From Lama guanicoe (taxonomy: Eukaryota), in NCBI GenBank assembly GCA_013239625.1, contig MU053379.1:3702866-3766865 (forward strand): a stretch of DNA of 64,000 nucleotides, given 5' to 3'. The position numbers and the translations under genes are program-made. Of the stretch, positions 25,092-38,470 are shown piece by piece; positions within the stretch are counted from its first letter, which is position 1, and every line of letters begins with the position of its first letter. Under the pieces are notes generated by a model. The model saw only the letters and a program-made list of their open reading frames with translations, ran no database searches and was not told the DNA's origin.

Positions 25092-27053
25092 TCACTTAAA
25101 ATTCTAGCAGCACAGAAACATTGAAATGCAAAGTGAAAGTTCCTTCCCATCCTCATCTCTGAACTTACAGGTGAACATTGGTCCAGTCTTTTAGGAAATT
25201 CCGGGAAAAAAGAATTGCGGACAGTGGAACTCTGGAGTCTGTGCTGTCTAAGGGCGTGCTCCAGAGTCTTGCTGGGTTCGCACAGGCGGGGTCTGCGATC
25301 CGAGGTTTGCATCCACTGTATTCACTTTATCCTCTCGAAGGGATACATAGCAACAAGGGTTTACTAGAAACAGAGTATTTGTAAAGAGGGCTGGCTCCGT
25401 GCTTTCAATGGATACAGACGGGGTTTTGTTGCATCGTTGTAGGAGGAAGCGCGTAGAGTGGGTTGTAAGAACTTCCCCAGGAAGGGTGGCTCTTCCTGGC
25501 AAGGAGGAAGCAGAGCCAACCACAGGGCAGGAGACAGAGGCACGAGGGACCCAGAGCATCGTCCTTCCCGAAGGTGTCCTGGCTTGTCCTACAGAGCACG
25601 AAGGAGGATGCTCAAAGCTGTGAGGGCTGAGGAACGTGGTTTTCCTTTCCTTTGAAGGGAGTCCCTCTCTCTAGGTCAGGAAAGAGAGATAGAGGCAAAG
25701 GGTGGGGAAGACCCCTGTCTGAAGAAATACTGGCTGGGAATAAAATGTAAGCATCCAACCCTGGCGCAAGCATGCTTTTCACTTTTCCCAGATTCGCTTG
25801 AAACCCACGTGGCATCAATCCCCTGGCGGGTGGATCCCGCTTCCTGACAACTGTGTTTCCCTGTTTGCTTGTTTCTTGACTCCTGTTCAGGATGATCGGG
25901 TTTATTTAATGGAGCGGGGCTCTGGGTTAGAGCCACTGTCGACTTCCCGGCATCAGTTTCTCTAGCTAGATTTACACTGGTCGGGGCTTCTTTTCAAAAG
26001 AAACTACCTGCTCCATGTGATGCTGGAAAACATGAATTTAGAACCTTGCCAAAATGTGCCCGAGGAACTCAGCTGGAAGGACCATGTGTCCGGACAGCCT
26101 GCGTAATAAGAACCATTTGATTGTCTCCTTTCCATGGGCGGGAGTTATGCACAAAATGCGATTTGGTCTTCACCTTGACCTTGCTGCTTGAACCGCAGCC
26201 TCACTCTCTGTGGCTGAGATATTTCTAGCCAAACTGTTGGATCTCAACTTTTAAAAAAATTCTTCTGTTTTGGGATTTTTTTTTAAAGGACCAAGCAACG
26301 AGGATTCACACTGTCTGCTTTTTCAAGGCAATAAAATGAAAACCACACATTTAGTAACAATCCAGCTTGGGAATTCTAAACACTTGGAACAATTATACTC
26401 AATTTAGTCTAGTCTCTTCTTTGGAGTTGAAACCAGTCAAAACCTCGGCTTCACTCAGAAGAGCTCCCCTCCAGGAGAGCAGCCTGTGATCCCCGCTGGA
26501 ACACACATCTGCTTCTGGGCTGGCCAAATCCAAACGTGGAGCCCCAGTTATAGTTTTCATGGGTGATGGAATTTCAGCTGCATTACAATTTAACCACCTG
26601 CATTGCCTTTATTCTTTCTCTTCTTGAGAATGAAATGAGCTGATCAAGTGTTCCTCCAGCTATTAAATGACATTTCCATCCTGTAACATTTGATTTCCTT
26701 TTTCTCTAGTGAGATACATTGACAGGATGGATTATCCCCAGTGGCTTATATTGGCCACACCATTTTCACTGTGGGGGGTTCTCTCAGTCCCTGGGGGATG
26801 GGGTTTTAGCTTTATAAGATTTGATTGTACCCAAAACAAGAAATAATAGAACAAGAACTCTTTAACTAGATGGCTTTAATTTCACAACCAACCTCATGGA
26901 TGAAAAATAGGAAGGAAATCTGAATGAACTGAAGGAAATTGATTTTTTAAAAAGAGAACCGAAAGCTTGTGAAACACACACAAAAATAAACAGCTCCTTT
27001 GGCAGACAAGTTGTAACGCCGTTTGCCTGATCTAAGAAGCCGCGGTATCATTC

Positions 27054-27072
27054 TGGCCACCAGGGGGAGCAC
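27054..27072 (+). promoter_or_regulatory. CTCF binding motif
   Basis: TGGCCACCAGGGGGAGCAC is a near-consensus match to TGGCCACCAGGGGGCGC. Confidence 0.7.
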
Positions 27073-28839
27073 ACATTGTTCCACGAAGATAAAGACGGAT
27101 ACAAAGATAACATGAAATGTACGAAAAAGTCATCATTCTCTTGAAGTTACCTTGAACCTGCCCAGTTGTGAGCAACACCTGTTTACAGCAGCTGTGCTTT
27201 TCCTGTCGATGTTCTCATTATTCCTGTAATTTATAACCAGATGCTTTGATTCTGGAACAAACAGGACAGGGTGGGCACAGAGTAAAAAACAGATTTTCTA
27301 GGCTCATCCACCTGGGACTTATCAGATAAATGAGATGAGAACCAGGAGCACCTAAAAATAAGTTTCACTTCTAAACTGGACTGCAATAGATACATAGGTC
27401 CAATTCTTTGAATCTAGAACAAATATGAATTTTTTAAAAGCAACTTAGTCAAAACTGACATCTTCAGAAAATAAATTTCATCTATATTCGTGCAGTTTTG
27501 CTATTTTTGATTAATTTTGGTTTGAATCGTCCAACTTTAAGCAGCACATCCACTTTCAGTGATCTTTTTGAAGTTCTTAATTATTTAAAATCATAATTCA
27601 CGTTTAAGGGAAGGGCTGGTCTTTTACGGAGAGGTAGAAGAAGACCGTTCCTTCACTTTGCTGTTTACTTTAGGATAAAGTCCAGAAAGACGGGTTACAG
27701 GTGGGGTACAGAGGATTTCTTCCTTAGCTTTAGAAAGGGGAGGAGCGTCTCTGACAGCCTTTAACCTGGGCATGCACCCAGGCTGCCAGATGCGGACACC
27801 CTCGGCGGGATGTGATCTGGGAAGAGACGGGCTGCGTGGTTGGCACAACTGGCTGGGTTCAGAAACCGGTTTTACCACCTGGGAGCTGTGCCACTTTGTG
27901 AGGATTCAGTTAGAAAATAAAGAGTGGAAACTCGGTTTGGGTCACGGTCGGTTGTTCTTAGTGCCATTATTAGCGTTTCCTTCCTGTTTTGGTACGCTCC
28001 CCACCACCAGTTTAGGGTGAATTCAATCGTGTCACAGCCCTGCAGACCCTATTTGCTGCTTGTCGGCTTTGTGGAAGATACAGGGACCCTCAAGACAACT
28101 AATGGCTAGTCTCTGGGTTTCCTGGGACTTCCTACAGCATCCGAGGGCACCGCTGCCGTCAGGAAGCAGTCAGAGCCACAGCCCTGGGACATCCACCAAG
28201 ACCTTGAGGCTGCTCGCTGATTCTCTGGCTGGACCTGACTCTAGAACCTGGCCAGGCAGAGTCATGACCGCCCAGGGGCCATCAGGGCTGCGCTGAAGTC
28301 GATTTTGTGTGGCAAGTCCACCCACCTCAGAGTTATGTGGCCATGTTTCCTGTCCCGTCAGCAGCCTGGAAACTGGTGCACAGACACCCCGGCCCCCTCG
28401 GTTCTGCTCGGGGGCTAGAAGGCTGTTGCCTCTGCTGCCCATCTTAGCACCTGGGTTGTGGCTTCGCTGTGTCTTCCTGCTCTTTGCTGAGTAAATGAAC
28501 TTTCAGACCCAGTGCCCCCATTCCTGACCCCCTCCCTCTGGCTGGCGGCTGCCAGGGACTTACAGAGATAGCACCAGAACCTTCACCTCCGTCCCTTCGG
28601 GGAGCGTTACACTGAAGACCCCTAGGGAGCTCCCGGGAGGCTCATGGGAGAGGACGTGACCCGTCCCCCTCAGGTGTCCATTCTGGAGTCCAAAGTGTGA
28701 GTGAAATCTTCATAGTGTGCTGACGTGTAATTAGAGGAAATCCGCAAATGCTCAAAGCCTTAAGAAAACACACACCAAATGTGTGTGACAAAATGACATT
28801 TAAAAAGTGCTGTAGGATGCAGTATGCTAGTGGCAGTCA

Positions 28840-28868
28840 CATCCATCCATCCATCCATCCATCCATCC
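28840..28868. repeat. (CATC)n tetranucleotide repeat
   Basis: Seen directly. Confidence 0.85.
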
Positions 28869-30299
28869 GCCCCTGCAGGTCCTCTTACCTAACAATGCTC
28901 TTTGCTCTAGAAGGTGACTGCAGGCTTATTCCGAACGTCTGTGGCCTTGGCAGTGACGTGTGTGAAAACGCATTCGAGTGGAATATGGCAGCTGTTTTCT
29001 GACTCGAATTTATTTGGAGGTTTTTTTCTCATAAGCCCGATGCTTTTTCCAAAGCAAACAAAGACATTAAAAGGTTTGTAAAAAAGACTCTGTCACACAT
29101 TGTGAAGTGCAAAGTGTAAATGAATTTTTATAAGCATGTGGATTTCATTTCTCTTATAATATGCATGAATGTAAAAATTAAAAGAAAATGTGCTGGCGAC
29201 AATGTGTTTTTAGTTCCCATTTAGACTTAAAAAATAATCAGAGGTGCCTGAAATATTCAAAACTGAGCGCACTCCTGTCTCCTCTGAAGTCGTTTGAACC
29301 ATGGGATGATGCTTAAAAACTGCCCTCCCTGAAGAGTGGTTTTTTTTTTTTAAGCTCTAGCATGGCACTTGGAATTTATATTTTTGTTTTTAGGCACATT
29401 CTGCAGTTGATGGCCAGACTCATTTCTTCCAGTACTACCTTACTATTGTGCTTTTAAGTTTGGGTAACAGCCTGCTCACATCTAATAGCTGACGCACCAT
29501 GGTCCTGTTTACAGGGAGGCAGAAGAGCCCTGAGAGAGGGAAAAAAATAGCAGAGAAAGCTGCGATCGGGCCCTCATGGTCACATGGGGTGGATTCTTTC
29601 AAGAATGTGAAATAACGTTTACGTCTGAGTCGGACTCAGAACCAAAGGTCTCCCAGCTCAGTCAAGAGCGGAGCCAGCACTGTCTTTTTAATTGTCGTGA
29701 TGGCCTGGCCTTTGAGAATTACTCAGGTTGTACTAGGCTCCGCATCAGAAGACACTCTGGCTCAGGACTCTCAGCCCATAGGTCGGTGAGAACAAATCAC
29801 ACAGATGTGCTCTGCCCCGCAGGCTGCGCGCTCCGTGGTGTTATCCACTGCCGGGGCAGTGGTAAGTGTTGGTCCCGAAAGAGAGCGCCTTTGAAAGTTT
29901 AATACACATGAAAATCATACATGGTCGAGCGAACTTCCATCTGTTTTCATCAGTGTGGAGCCTTTCAACTCAGGAGTCCTTGGGTAAAAATAAAATTCCC
30001 ACATACCCTCATACATGTGAAGTGTTCTTGTTTCAAAGTAAGTATTACGGCTGAGAAAGCAAAAGAGACAGTATTGGGAGAAAACGTTCTCGTCTTGAAA
30101 GAGCCTTATTTTTTCATGGGACGCTCTGCTCTGGGTGGACACGTGAAGTCTCTGCTTGTCTCAGGCTTTTCCAGCAGAGGCAGAAGGACACACACCCATG
30201 ACACCTCACCCGAAGACGGAGGTTAAGGCCAGGGAGCCGGAGGGCGGGCTGCCCATCTTATGTTACTCACTTCGCTCCCTCCACCCCCCCTAGAGTAAA

Positions 30300-30520
30300 A
30301 GCCAATATTTATTATGTGCCTACTAGGTGCTATGCATGTTTTAAAATACTTTGTGAATATTTTCTAATTCAGTCCTCCCTCAGGGAGGTACTATTTCTGT
30401 TCTCACGGGCAGATGAAGAAATCGAGCAACAGAGAAATCACATGAATTCCCTGAGGTTATGCGACCAAGGGCGGGTCCTGAACTTGAGTCCATACACGCT
30501 TCCTCAGAGCCTGTGCTTAA
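30300..30520 (-). mobile_element. MIR SINE
   Basis: ttattatgtgcctact...cagatgaagaaatcgagcaacagaga. Confidence 0.55.
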
Positions 30521-30712
30521 TCCTTGCAAAACCAGGAGAGTCTGATAATCTTCTCCATTCCCTGCCCAAGTGCAGAGTCTCTGCGCTTACCTTCTTGCCT
30601 GTTTCTGATGTCTGTATGATGTTACATTTGTACAGCCCCTGCCTTTGGGGTTGGCCCCAAGGCAGGGCCAGTTTATCATTTGTCCCTGACATTTGCAACA
30701 TTACAATACAGG

Positions 30713-31237
30713 TGTATCAGCTATCTGTTGCTGTGTAACAAACCATTCCAAAATGTAGTGGCTTAAAGCAACAACAATTTATTATTTGTCGTGATTCTGT
30801 GGTCTTGGCTGGTCTCCTCTGGGCTCACTCACACAGCTGCATTCTGCTGGAGGTTGGCTGGGCTGGAGGGTCCCACGGGGCTTCCCATGCATGGCTGGCG
30901 GAGGGTGCTGACTGTTGACAGGTCTCCTCAGGTCTGCTCTGCACCGCCTTTTCTCGGGTGGTAAGCCAGACCAGCCTCCCTACCCAGACGTCCCAGGGCA
31001 GCGGTCCCAGACGGCAAAAGTGGAAGCTGCACGGCCTCTCAAAGTCTCTCCCTGGAAGTTGAATAATATCACTTCCTTGGCCTTCTGTTGGTCAAAGTGA
31101 GGCACCAGGCCAACTCAGATTCCAGAGGTGATGAAACAGTCTCCACTCCTTGACGTGAGAACAGCAAAGTGAACTTGCCAAGGGGCCTGCCTGCCTGGGT
31201 GGGAGGAATGTCTGGTCAACTTTTGCAATTCACCACA
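30713..31237 (-). mobile_element. MLT1 (MaLR) LTR
   Basis: Begins tgtatcagctatctgttgctgtgtaacaaaccattccaaaatgtagtggcttaaagcaacaac, the reverse complement of the MLT1 3' end; ends ...ccacca. Confidence 0.8.
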
Positions 31238-32239
31238 GTGGACACCATTTATATATATGTAATATATTAAACTGATTATCAACTTCTAAGTAATCATAGC
31301 AAAATATAACTTTTACAATATTATATCTACAATGTCATCTTCGATGACTTGGAAGTCCCTTTAGCATTTTCTTTTTGGATTCTTATTAAGAGCATTGATG
31401 ATTATGGTTTAAAACAGACACGAGTTATGGAATTGGGGAGCACGCCTCGACAGTTAACAGATTCGATCTGAGTGAGAAGAATGAAGACACTGAATAAATT
31501 AAAGAGAAAGAACAGCTTCTCCCCAGTTGTCTGCATGCTGGCGGGAACCTGGGAAGGATGAGCCGGTGCGGATGTTTGATGTTTTATTTTAACATTTCTG
31601 CGTAGACGGGAAGCTGGAGAGCAGCAGGAGTCATATACTTATGACTGTGTATATATATACACACACCTCCTGATTGTGGCTTCAGTCGTGTACACAGTTA
31701 ATTCTTGCTTTCAGACTCTGGGTCTGCAGGCGGCTGTGACAGCAGATGAGTAACTCGACCAGGTCATTGCAACTTTATTTCTGGAGGAATCAGAAGCAGA
31801 GTGCTCATCAAGTGCAAAAGCCCGATGGGGCGAAGGCTGGGCTTAAGGAAGCACCTGAAGCGTTGGCTGCATCCTCGAAGCCTGAACACTTGTGTTTTTG
31901 AGATGCATTTTGCTGAATCCTTAATGTTCTATGCAAGAATTTATTTTTTATTTTATTTAAAAAATTTTTATTGAGGCCTGGCATCCAGCTCAGAACAAGG
32001 AAAACAACCTTCTATTTATAGAGAGGAGGGAAAAAACCCTTGTCTTGAGCTGAAAACAGCCTTGCCTCCCCCAGCCCTGAAATGTGGGCTTGTAAGTTCA
32101 GGTACGTTCAGGAACTCTGAGTCTCTACAAGCAGGAGGCCAGCTTTCAGGGCAGGGGCCCCCAGGGGAGCGTCCCCACGCCTTCCCAAATCCAGGTTTTC
32201 ACTTGTATTTGTTGGGGCGGACGCCTGGGGTCACCGCGG

Positions 32240-32400
32240 CCAAGAGCCAGGCTGAGGAGTCAGACCTGACTTCAGCCCCTGGTCGCTGCTAACAGACCGT
32301 GTTTCCTGGAGAGTTTATTCTGTCTTTCCCTAGGCGTCTGGTTCCTCATCTGTAAAATGGGCCTGCCCCCTGGGGCTGCCACGAGGGTCACATAAGCCTT
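32240..32400 (+). mobile_element. MIR SINE
   Basis: ggagtcagacctg...ttcctcatctgtaaaatggg core. Confidence 0.65.
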
Positions 32401-33015
32401 CCCTACAAATGTCCATAGCCCAGGGTCCTAGAGGATGACCGTTATTGGCAGTTATTGTTTAATTCTGGAGCTATGTCTTTGGGATCTCCGAAGATCACAG
32501 ACTGCAGATTTCTGAACGTCAGACCTCGTACTTTCCATCCTGACAAAGTCATTTTTTTACACATTGTTAGAACAAGTAAGACTGTAACAGAGTTTCCCCA
32601 GTTTATAAAGGCAATTTCATACTCGAGACAGTTACAAGTACCTTTTCCCTCTGAGGAGGAATTTCTCTATAGGATATGAAAAAACAGAAGGTGCAGAGGA
32701 AAAGACTGGGAGATTTGACTACATCCAAATGAAAACATCAGCTTATTTAAAAGTGTTGTAAATCGAATTCAAAGACAAAGACTACATTTGGGAAAACAGC
32801 AATCAGCAGGGGCGAGACGATCACTGCACTGGAAAATAAACAGCTGGAAAGAACAGGATTTAGACGGCAAAGGCTGAGAGAACAGTGCGCCAAGCAAGCG
32901 AGACAAGAATCACACTTCAGCAGTAATGAGAGGGCGGCAGAACGAAGTCAGCAACCGCGTTTCCTTTGCTCACTGACTGTACAAAGATTCTCCTAAAATG
33001 TGGAAGGGCAAGAGA

Positions 33016-33340
33016 AACATGATACAAACGAACTTACCGACAAACTGGAAAGAGACTCACAGACACAGAACACAAACTGTGGTTACCAAAAGGGGAAGGG
33101 GCGGAGGGGAGGATAAAGTAGGAGTCTGGGACTTGCAGATACAAACTACTGTGTAGTAAACAGATAACAAGGGCCTACCGTACAGCCAGGGAACTACAAT
33201 CAATATCTTGTAACACTGAAACATCTGGAAAAGAACCGGAAAAACAATGTATATGTGCATGTGTCACTGAGTCACTCTGCTGTGCACTTGAAACTAACAC
33301 CGCATCGTAAGTCAACTGTACTGCAATTAGAAACAAGCAA
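33016..33340 (+). mobile_element. L1 3' end (artiodactyl-type)
   Basis: gatacaaacgaactta...gactcacagac...gtggttaccaaaagggga...gtaagtcaactgtactgcaat; homologous to 44900-45230 in this window. Confidence 0.85.
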
Positions 33341-35412
33341 GCAAGCAAACAAACCAACCAACCATGGAGGGGCTGGGGCAGGGGGCCTGGTGGCCAGAGG
33401 GAGAGGTGGGTGCTGCTGTTTCTGGAGTCCAGTCTGACAGTGTCACAGGGTGGGGTCCTCAGGACTTGGGCTCTGCTGGCTGTTAGCTCAGGGGAAGGCT
33501 GGTGGGTCCACATCTGCAGGAGGGAGGGCAGGATGCAGGAAGGTGGGGGAGAGCTGGGCCGGGGAGCCTGGGCGAGAGCTCCGAGGATGGAGTGGCCCTC
33601 CAGGGCTGTCCCAACCACGGTGAGAGCGTCAGGATGGTGCACCCCTGAAGTGGGTCACTTGGGACAGGAGGGCAGGCCGCCCCCTGCAGCTGTCATCCCC
33701 TAAAGGCAGCGTGGGCCGCGTGCCTCGGCATTCCCTGCCGTGACGCTGTGAGCCTGCGTTCCAGCTCCCTCATGCCATCAGATGTGGACACAGAAGAGCT
33801 GCGAGGTCGAGGACCCTTGGGGGTGCCTTCCCGAGCTTCTCAAGGGCAAGGCTGGGGTTCAGTGGCTGTGGACGACCTCACGCTGGGGGCCGGGCCAAAG
33901 GAGCGCAAAACTGGGCGGGGACACGTCCATCCGTCCTTGGGCAGCAGCTGGTCCCCCTCCGTCTGCCCAGAGGCCGCCTGGCTGCCCCCGGTTGAAAGTT
34001 CCCTGTTGGATTTCTTGCAGCTTTTCTAGGCTGACCCAAACATATCGGTTTACAGTCTACTTACATTTTTACAAAATAACTCTACGTATGTTTAGGCACA
34101 GATCTGGAAGTAGATAGAACATCAAAGCATTAGGAATGCCATCCTAAGGGATCGCCTAAGAGTTTTTTTTTAATTATTTGTATTTTGAAAAATTTCCAGA
34201 AAAGATCATTTTTGTTTATTAAGACAAAGTATATTTTTTTATTTCTACTAAAAGTGGCATAAGAGGGAATAAAGAAAAACAGCTAAAATAAGTATAAGAT
34301 ATTAAAAATGTGGGATGATGCCTTTAGGAATAAAATGAATGAAAATTTAGAATAAAAAAGGAGTTGAAAACCCAGGAAGCAGAGGTAGAATAAAGTGAAC
34401 AGCAGGAGAATAAAGCAGAGCGGGCAGGAAAACGTGAGACAAGGAAAAGAAGGCATGTAGAGAGGGTGCCGAGAAAAAAGTGGAGTGATAACTTTATCAA
34501 TAGCTTTTCTCCTGTGAAACGGGAAGTTACCTTAGAGGCTAAGGTTCATTGAAAAAAAAATTCAAAATGGGAAAAAAGTGACCCAAGAAATTTCTTACAT
34601 CAGTGACAGTAATAACACTTTCATCAATGCTGGAATTTGAATATTTAAAAGTGAATTATAGATTTTATAAAAAAGAATAATCTTTTAGAATTTTTGTTAG
34701 AAAAATTCAAGGCAAAATGTTCCAGCCTTCCATTATTCAAATGTTTTCATCATCAGTGGGACTGAAGACAATAGCATTTTATTCATACCAGAGCAGAAAA
34801 ACAATGGGACGGAAAGTGCAATTTAAACCAGAAAATAAATAGCTGATCAGCTTAATTTTGTTAAGAAGACGGAGGGAGGAAACACCACCAGTGGGAATGG
34901 AAGTTGGAAATTCAGCTACGTTGAAAAACGTCCCGGCAAGCGGAGCCACTGGCTTTCAAGTGTGTTAAGTTGGAGAACTCCTTCTGTTTCCATTTTCCCG
35001 CAAAGGGCACCTCCTGCAGCAGCCGGGCGTGCGCAGCAGGTCGTGAGGAAACGAGGCTGGTGTGGCCGGGGTGGCGCAGGGCACAGCCGTCAGTCTTCCA
35101 GTCTCCTCGGTCCTTTTCTCCCCTTCCCGCGTTCCCAGCCTAAAGCACAGACGTTAGGACTCATGTGATAACAGATCTGAGAGCCCTTGAGACCCCACGC
35201 CGGCCCCCCTCTCCAGTGGCCCCTTCCGGGTCGCATAGCTGAGCAAGTATTACATTTAAGCTTTCTCTGCCGGAAGTAAGCACCTCAGATCGTGAAGAGT
35301 CTCGTTTATACCACGGAAAACAAACCTAAGACGCACCAATGTTGTCGTTTCCTTAGGAAGATTTAAGTTCCCAGCGGGAACGACCGCATTTGTTTGCTGA
35401 AACCTGCACGAC

Positions 35413-35567
35413 GTGGGATAAATTGTGTCACCCAAAAAGGTAAGTTGAAATCTGACCTCCCGTTGCTCACGAGGGTGATCTTATTTGGAAACAGGGCCTT
35501 TGCAGGTGCAATCAAGTTAACATGAGGTCATTCGGGGGGTTGCAATTTAACACGACACGTGACTGGT
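35413..35567 (+). mobile_element. MLT1 (MaLR) LTR 5' fragment
   Basis: aattgtgtcacccaaaa...gatcttatttggaaacagggcctttgcaggtgcaatcaagttaacatgaggtcat. Confidence 0.7.
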
Positions 35568-35740
35568 TTTCTTTTTATTGAAATATAGTTGATTTACAAT
35601 GTTGTGCTAATTTCATGTATATCGCAAAGCGATTCAGCCACACGTATATTCTTTCTCATATTATTTCCTATTAGAGTTCATTACAAGATACTGAATGTGG
35701 TTCCCCGTGCTGTACGGTAGGACCTTCTTGTTTATCTAGT
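35568..35740 (-). mobile_element. L1 3' end fragment
   Basis: ttttattgaaatatagttgatttacaatgttgtg...gttccccgtgctgtacggtaggacc. Confidence 0.85.
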
Positions 35741-36221
35741 CTGTCCTACTCAGACTTTCTCTCCACTTCTCAGGGGAGCAATCATGGAACGGAAACTTCC
35801 AGACTCTTTCTTGCTTCCTTTTCCCCTCAAAAAGGAGCTAATATGGCTGGTGATGGCTTGCTGTGTTTTTAGGTCCACACTGTCCACTGACGAGGTTACT
35901 GGACCACAACAGCAAAAGCTAAACAAAACAAGAAAACAAAGCCCAGGCCCCCACCTTCACTTTCTACCTTGTGCTGCTTCCTTCATGAATTGGGAGACGG
36001 TGCCAGGCCCCCAGCTCCCACGCCCCGAGCATCTCAGGACAAGCCCACCTCCGCCTCGCACTCTTCTGAGAGCCTGTGCGGGAGACCCGACATCCTGGAG
36101 CTGATGGTGGAACCGCGGGGCGGGGGTGTCCCCAGGTCAGGGCAGCCTGGGGACCTGTCGTGGCCTCCTATCTAACTAACTGCCACCCTCCTGTCCAACT
36201 GCTGCCAAATCTCCTGCTATA

Positions 36222-36275
36222 TTTACTATTATCACTATTATCACTATTATTATTATTATTATTATTATTATTTTA
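36222..36275. repeat. (TAT)n simple repeat, probably the decayed tail of the adjacent L1
   Basis: Seen directly; abuts the L1 3' end. Confidence 0.85.
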
Positions 36276-36390
36276 ATTGAAGTACAGTCAGTTACAATGT
36301 GTCAATTTCTGGTGTGCAGCACACTGTCCCAGTCGTGCATATACAGACATATATTTGTTTTCATATTCTTTTTTCATTAAAGGTTACAGC
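36272..36390 (-). mobile_element. Camelid-type L1 3' end fragment
   Basis: ttgaagtacagtcagttacaatgtgtcaatttctggtgtgcagcac...ttttcattaaaggtta; near-copy at 38305-38470. Confidence 0.8.
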
Positions 36391-37889
36391 TATAAAACAA
36401 TAGCTAATGATAATAATCATCAAAATAGATCCCCACCGGGCCACGCGCCGTCCTCCGGGGAGTCACTTTGAGCCTAATCCTTCGCAGGAAGGACGCCTGT
36501 CCCGACTTTTCCAGGCATTCTGCGCCCGGAGGCGGGATGTGCTTTCCCTGGCACTCTGACAAGAGCAGGACGCGCTGCTAGTGTTTCTCAGCGTGCTGAT
36601 GCATTTACTCAACATGGAATGTGTAAGGGCTGCGTCAACGTGCTGCGGTCGTCACAACCATGCTGCTTTTAAGCGTGTCGTTTTGGTGTTCTTGATTTCT
36701 AAAACAGAAGCCTCAGGTCAGTTAAAGGAAATGGATATTCCAGGACGTTACAATCCTGAGGAGCAGTAAGAGAAAGAAGGCGGAAAAAATAAAGAAACCG
36801 CTGCGGAAGCCGGGCTGGGCAATCTAAGAAAGCGCGTGTGAGCAGAAGCACCACATATAATGCTGAGTAGAATTCAAGCAGCCCCCAGAGCTCCTTGGAG
36901 AAAGGAGCCGCCTGAAATAGAAGTAAAAGAGACAGCTTCCCCACATTCCTCATATCCTTTTTCCGGTCTTGGCCACCAAATGCATACGGCTGTGGGTTCC
37001 TGTTCAACAAAAACTGTGTCCTGGGAGACCTCACAGTAGCTCCTCTGGGGGCGCTTGGGGCTGACCCACTGGGGTCTCCTAAGACCACCTCATTTTTCCA
37101 TCAGCCCGCTGCCCGAGACTTCGGGGAGAGACAGCTCTGAGGCTTTGGAAGAGGAACTTCAAGACCCTTTCAGGTTGCATCTCTGTCACCTCGCTCGGGG
37201 AGGGACTTGAGACATGCCTCCCCTTATCCGGGCCCCGCGTCTGCGGTGACGGCGATGGAGTTAGTCTCGGAAGCCTGGGCTGCGTCCCCCTGATTTGCAT
37301 GGTAGATGGTTACATGAACTCTACCTCGGTGAGGCTAAGGGATTCTGAAGCTCTGCCCACAGACGGCACCTGCTCCCTGTTCGGAGCACGTGCGTCTGTC
37401 TTGGCCCTGAGTCCCCAGCCCCTGGACTCAGTTCTATTTGTCAAATGAAGGCACAAGCAATGCACCTACCAGCTCCAACCTGCCCTGACACAGGGGAGAG
37501 CGAAGAAGGTACAGCCCGAAGGCGCGAAGGGACAGGGGGCCATGGGTGTGCTTCTCCATGGGAGGTGGCCGCATCTGGTGGCAACACCGACTTGCCACTG
37601 CATCTGCAGACCTTCATACACACTCTGTGGTTGTTGGGTCTTTAATACCACTAGGCCCACGACATCCTCAAGCAGAAGAACTTGTTCTTCGGTCTCTGAA
37701 GGATTGACTCTCCAAAGGGCAACCAAAAATCTGACAAAACATTCAGCAACAGTGTCTGGCCTCGTCTTTGGTGCCCCAGTGAAAGCCAGGAAGCATCTGG
37801 GGGCAGCTGGCCCTTCTGAGATCCCAGAGGTGCCCCACTGACTCTCTGCTCCTGGTGCCCACCCCTTCTGTAGCCCTTCCCACCCCGAG

Positions 37890-38130
37890 TAGGGCTGACC
37901 CGTGTTGCCCACAGGATGCTGCGGAAGTGAAGGCACAGGCCTCCGAGGTCAGGTCCTAAAAGACACTGCGGCTCCTGCCTCGCTGCTCTCACGTCCCCTG
38001 CTCTGGGGGAAGTCTGCCGCCTCTTCGTGAGGACACTCAAGCAGCCCCACAGAGAAGTCCATCAGGTGAGGAACTGAGACCCCCTGCGAGCGACCCGTTT
38101 CCTTCACTGCAGCAGGTGAGTGAGAATAGT
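37890..38130 (+). mobile_element. MLT1F-like LTR fragment
   Basis: gaggtcaggtcctaaaagacactgcggc...gtgaggacactcaagcagcc...gtgaggaactgagacccc; aligns by eye to 56820-57010. Confidence 0.65.
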
Positions 38131-38304
38131 ACACGCCCCACAGGATTTGATGAGGAGCAGATGTAATGACGCATGTCATGGCACAGGCTGCAGGTGCATG
38201 CCTTTTGCTGGTCACGTAACGCTCCTCGATACAGGCATATTACAGTCATTAATCACCTTCCTTCAGGTGGGCACAGGGCTTGTTTTCACATTTTGCTACA
38301 AATC

Positions 38305-38470
38305 ACTTTTTTTTCTGAAGTATAGCCAGTTACAATGTGTCAATTTCTGGGGTAGAGCAACATGTCTGGGTCACGCATATACATACATGTATTCATTTTC
38401 ATATTCTTTTTCATTAAAGTTTATTGTAAGATATTGACTATAGTTCCCTGTGCAGTGCAGAAGAAATATT
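38305..38470 (-). mobile_element. Camelid-type L1 3' end fragment
   Basis: ctgaagtatagccagttacaatgtgtcaatttctgg...gatattgactatagttccctgtgcagtgcagaagaaa. Confidence 0.8.
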
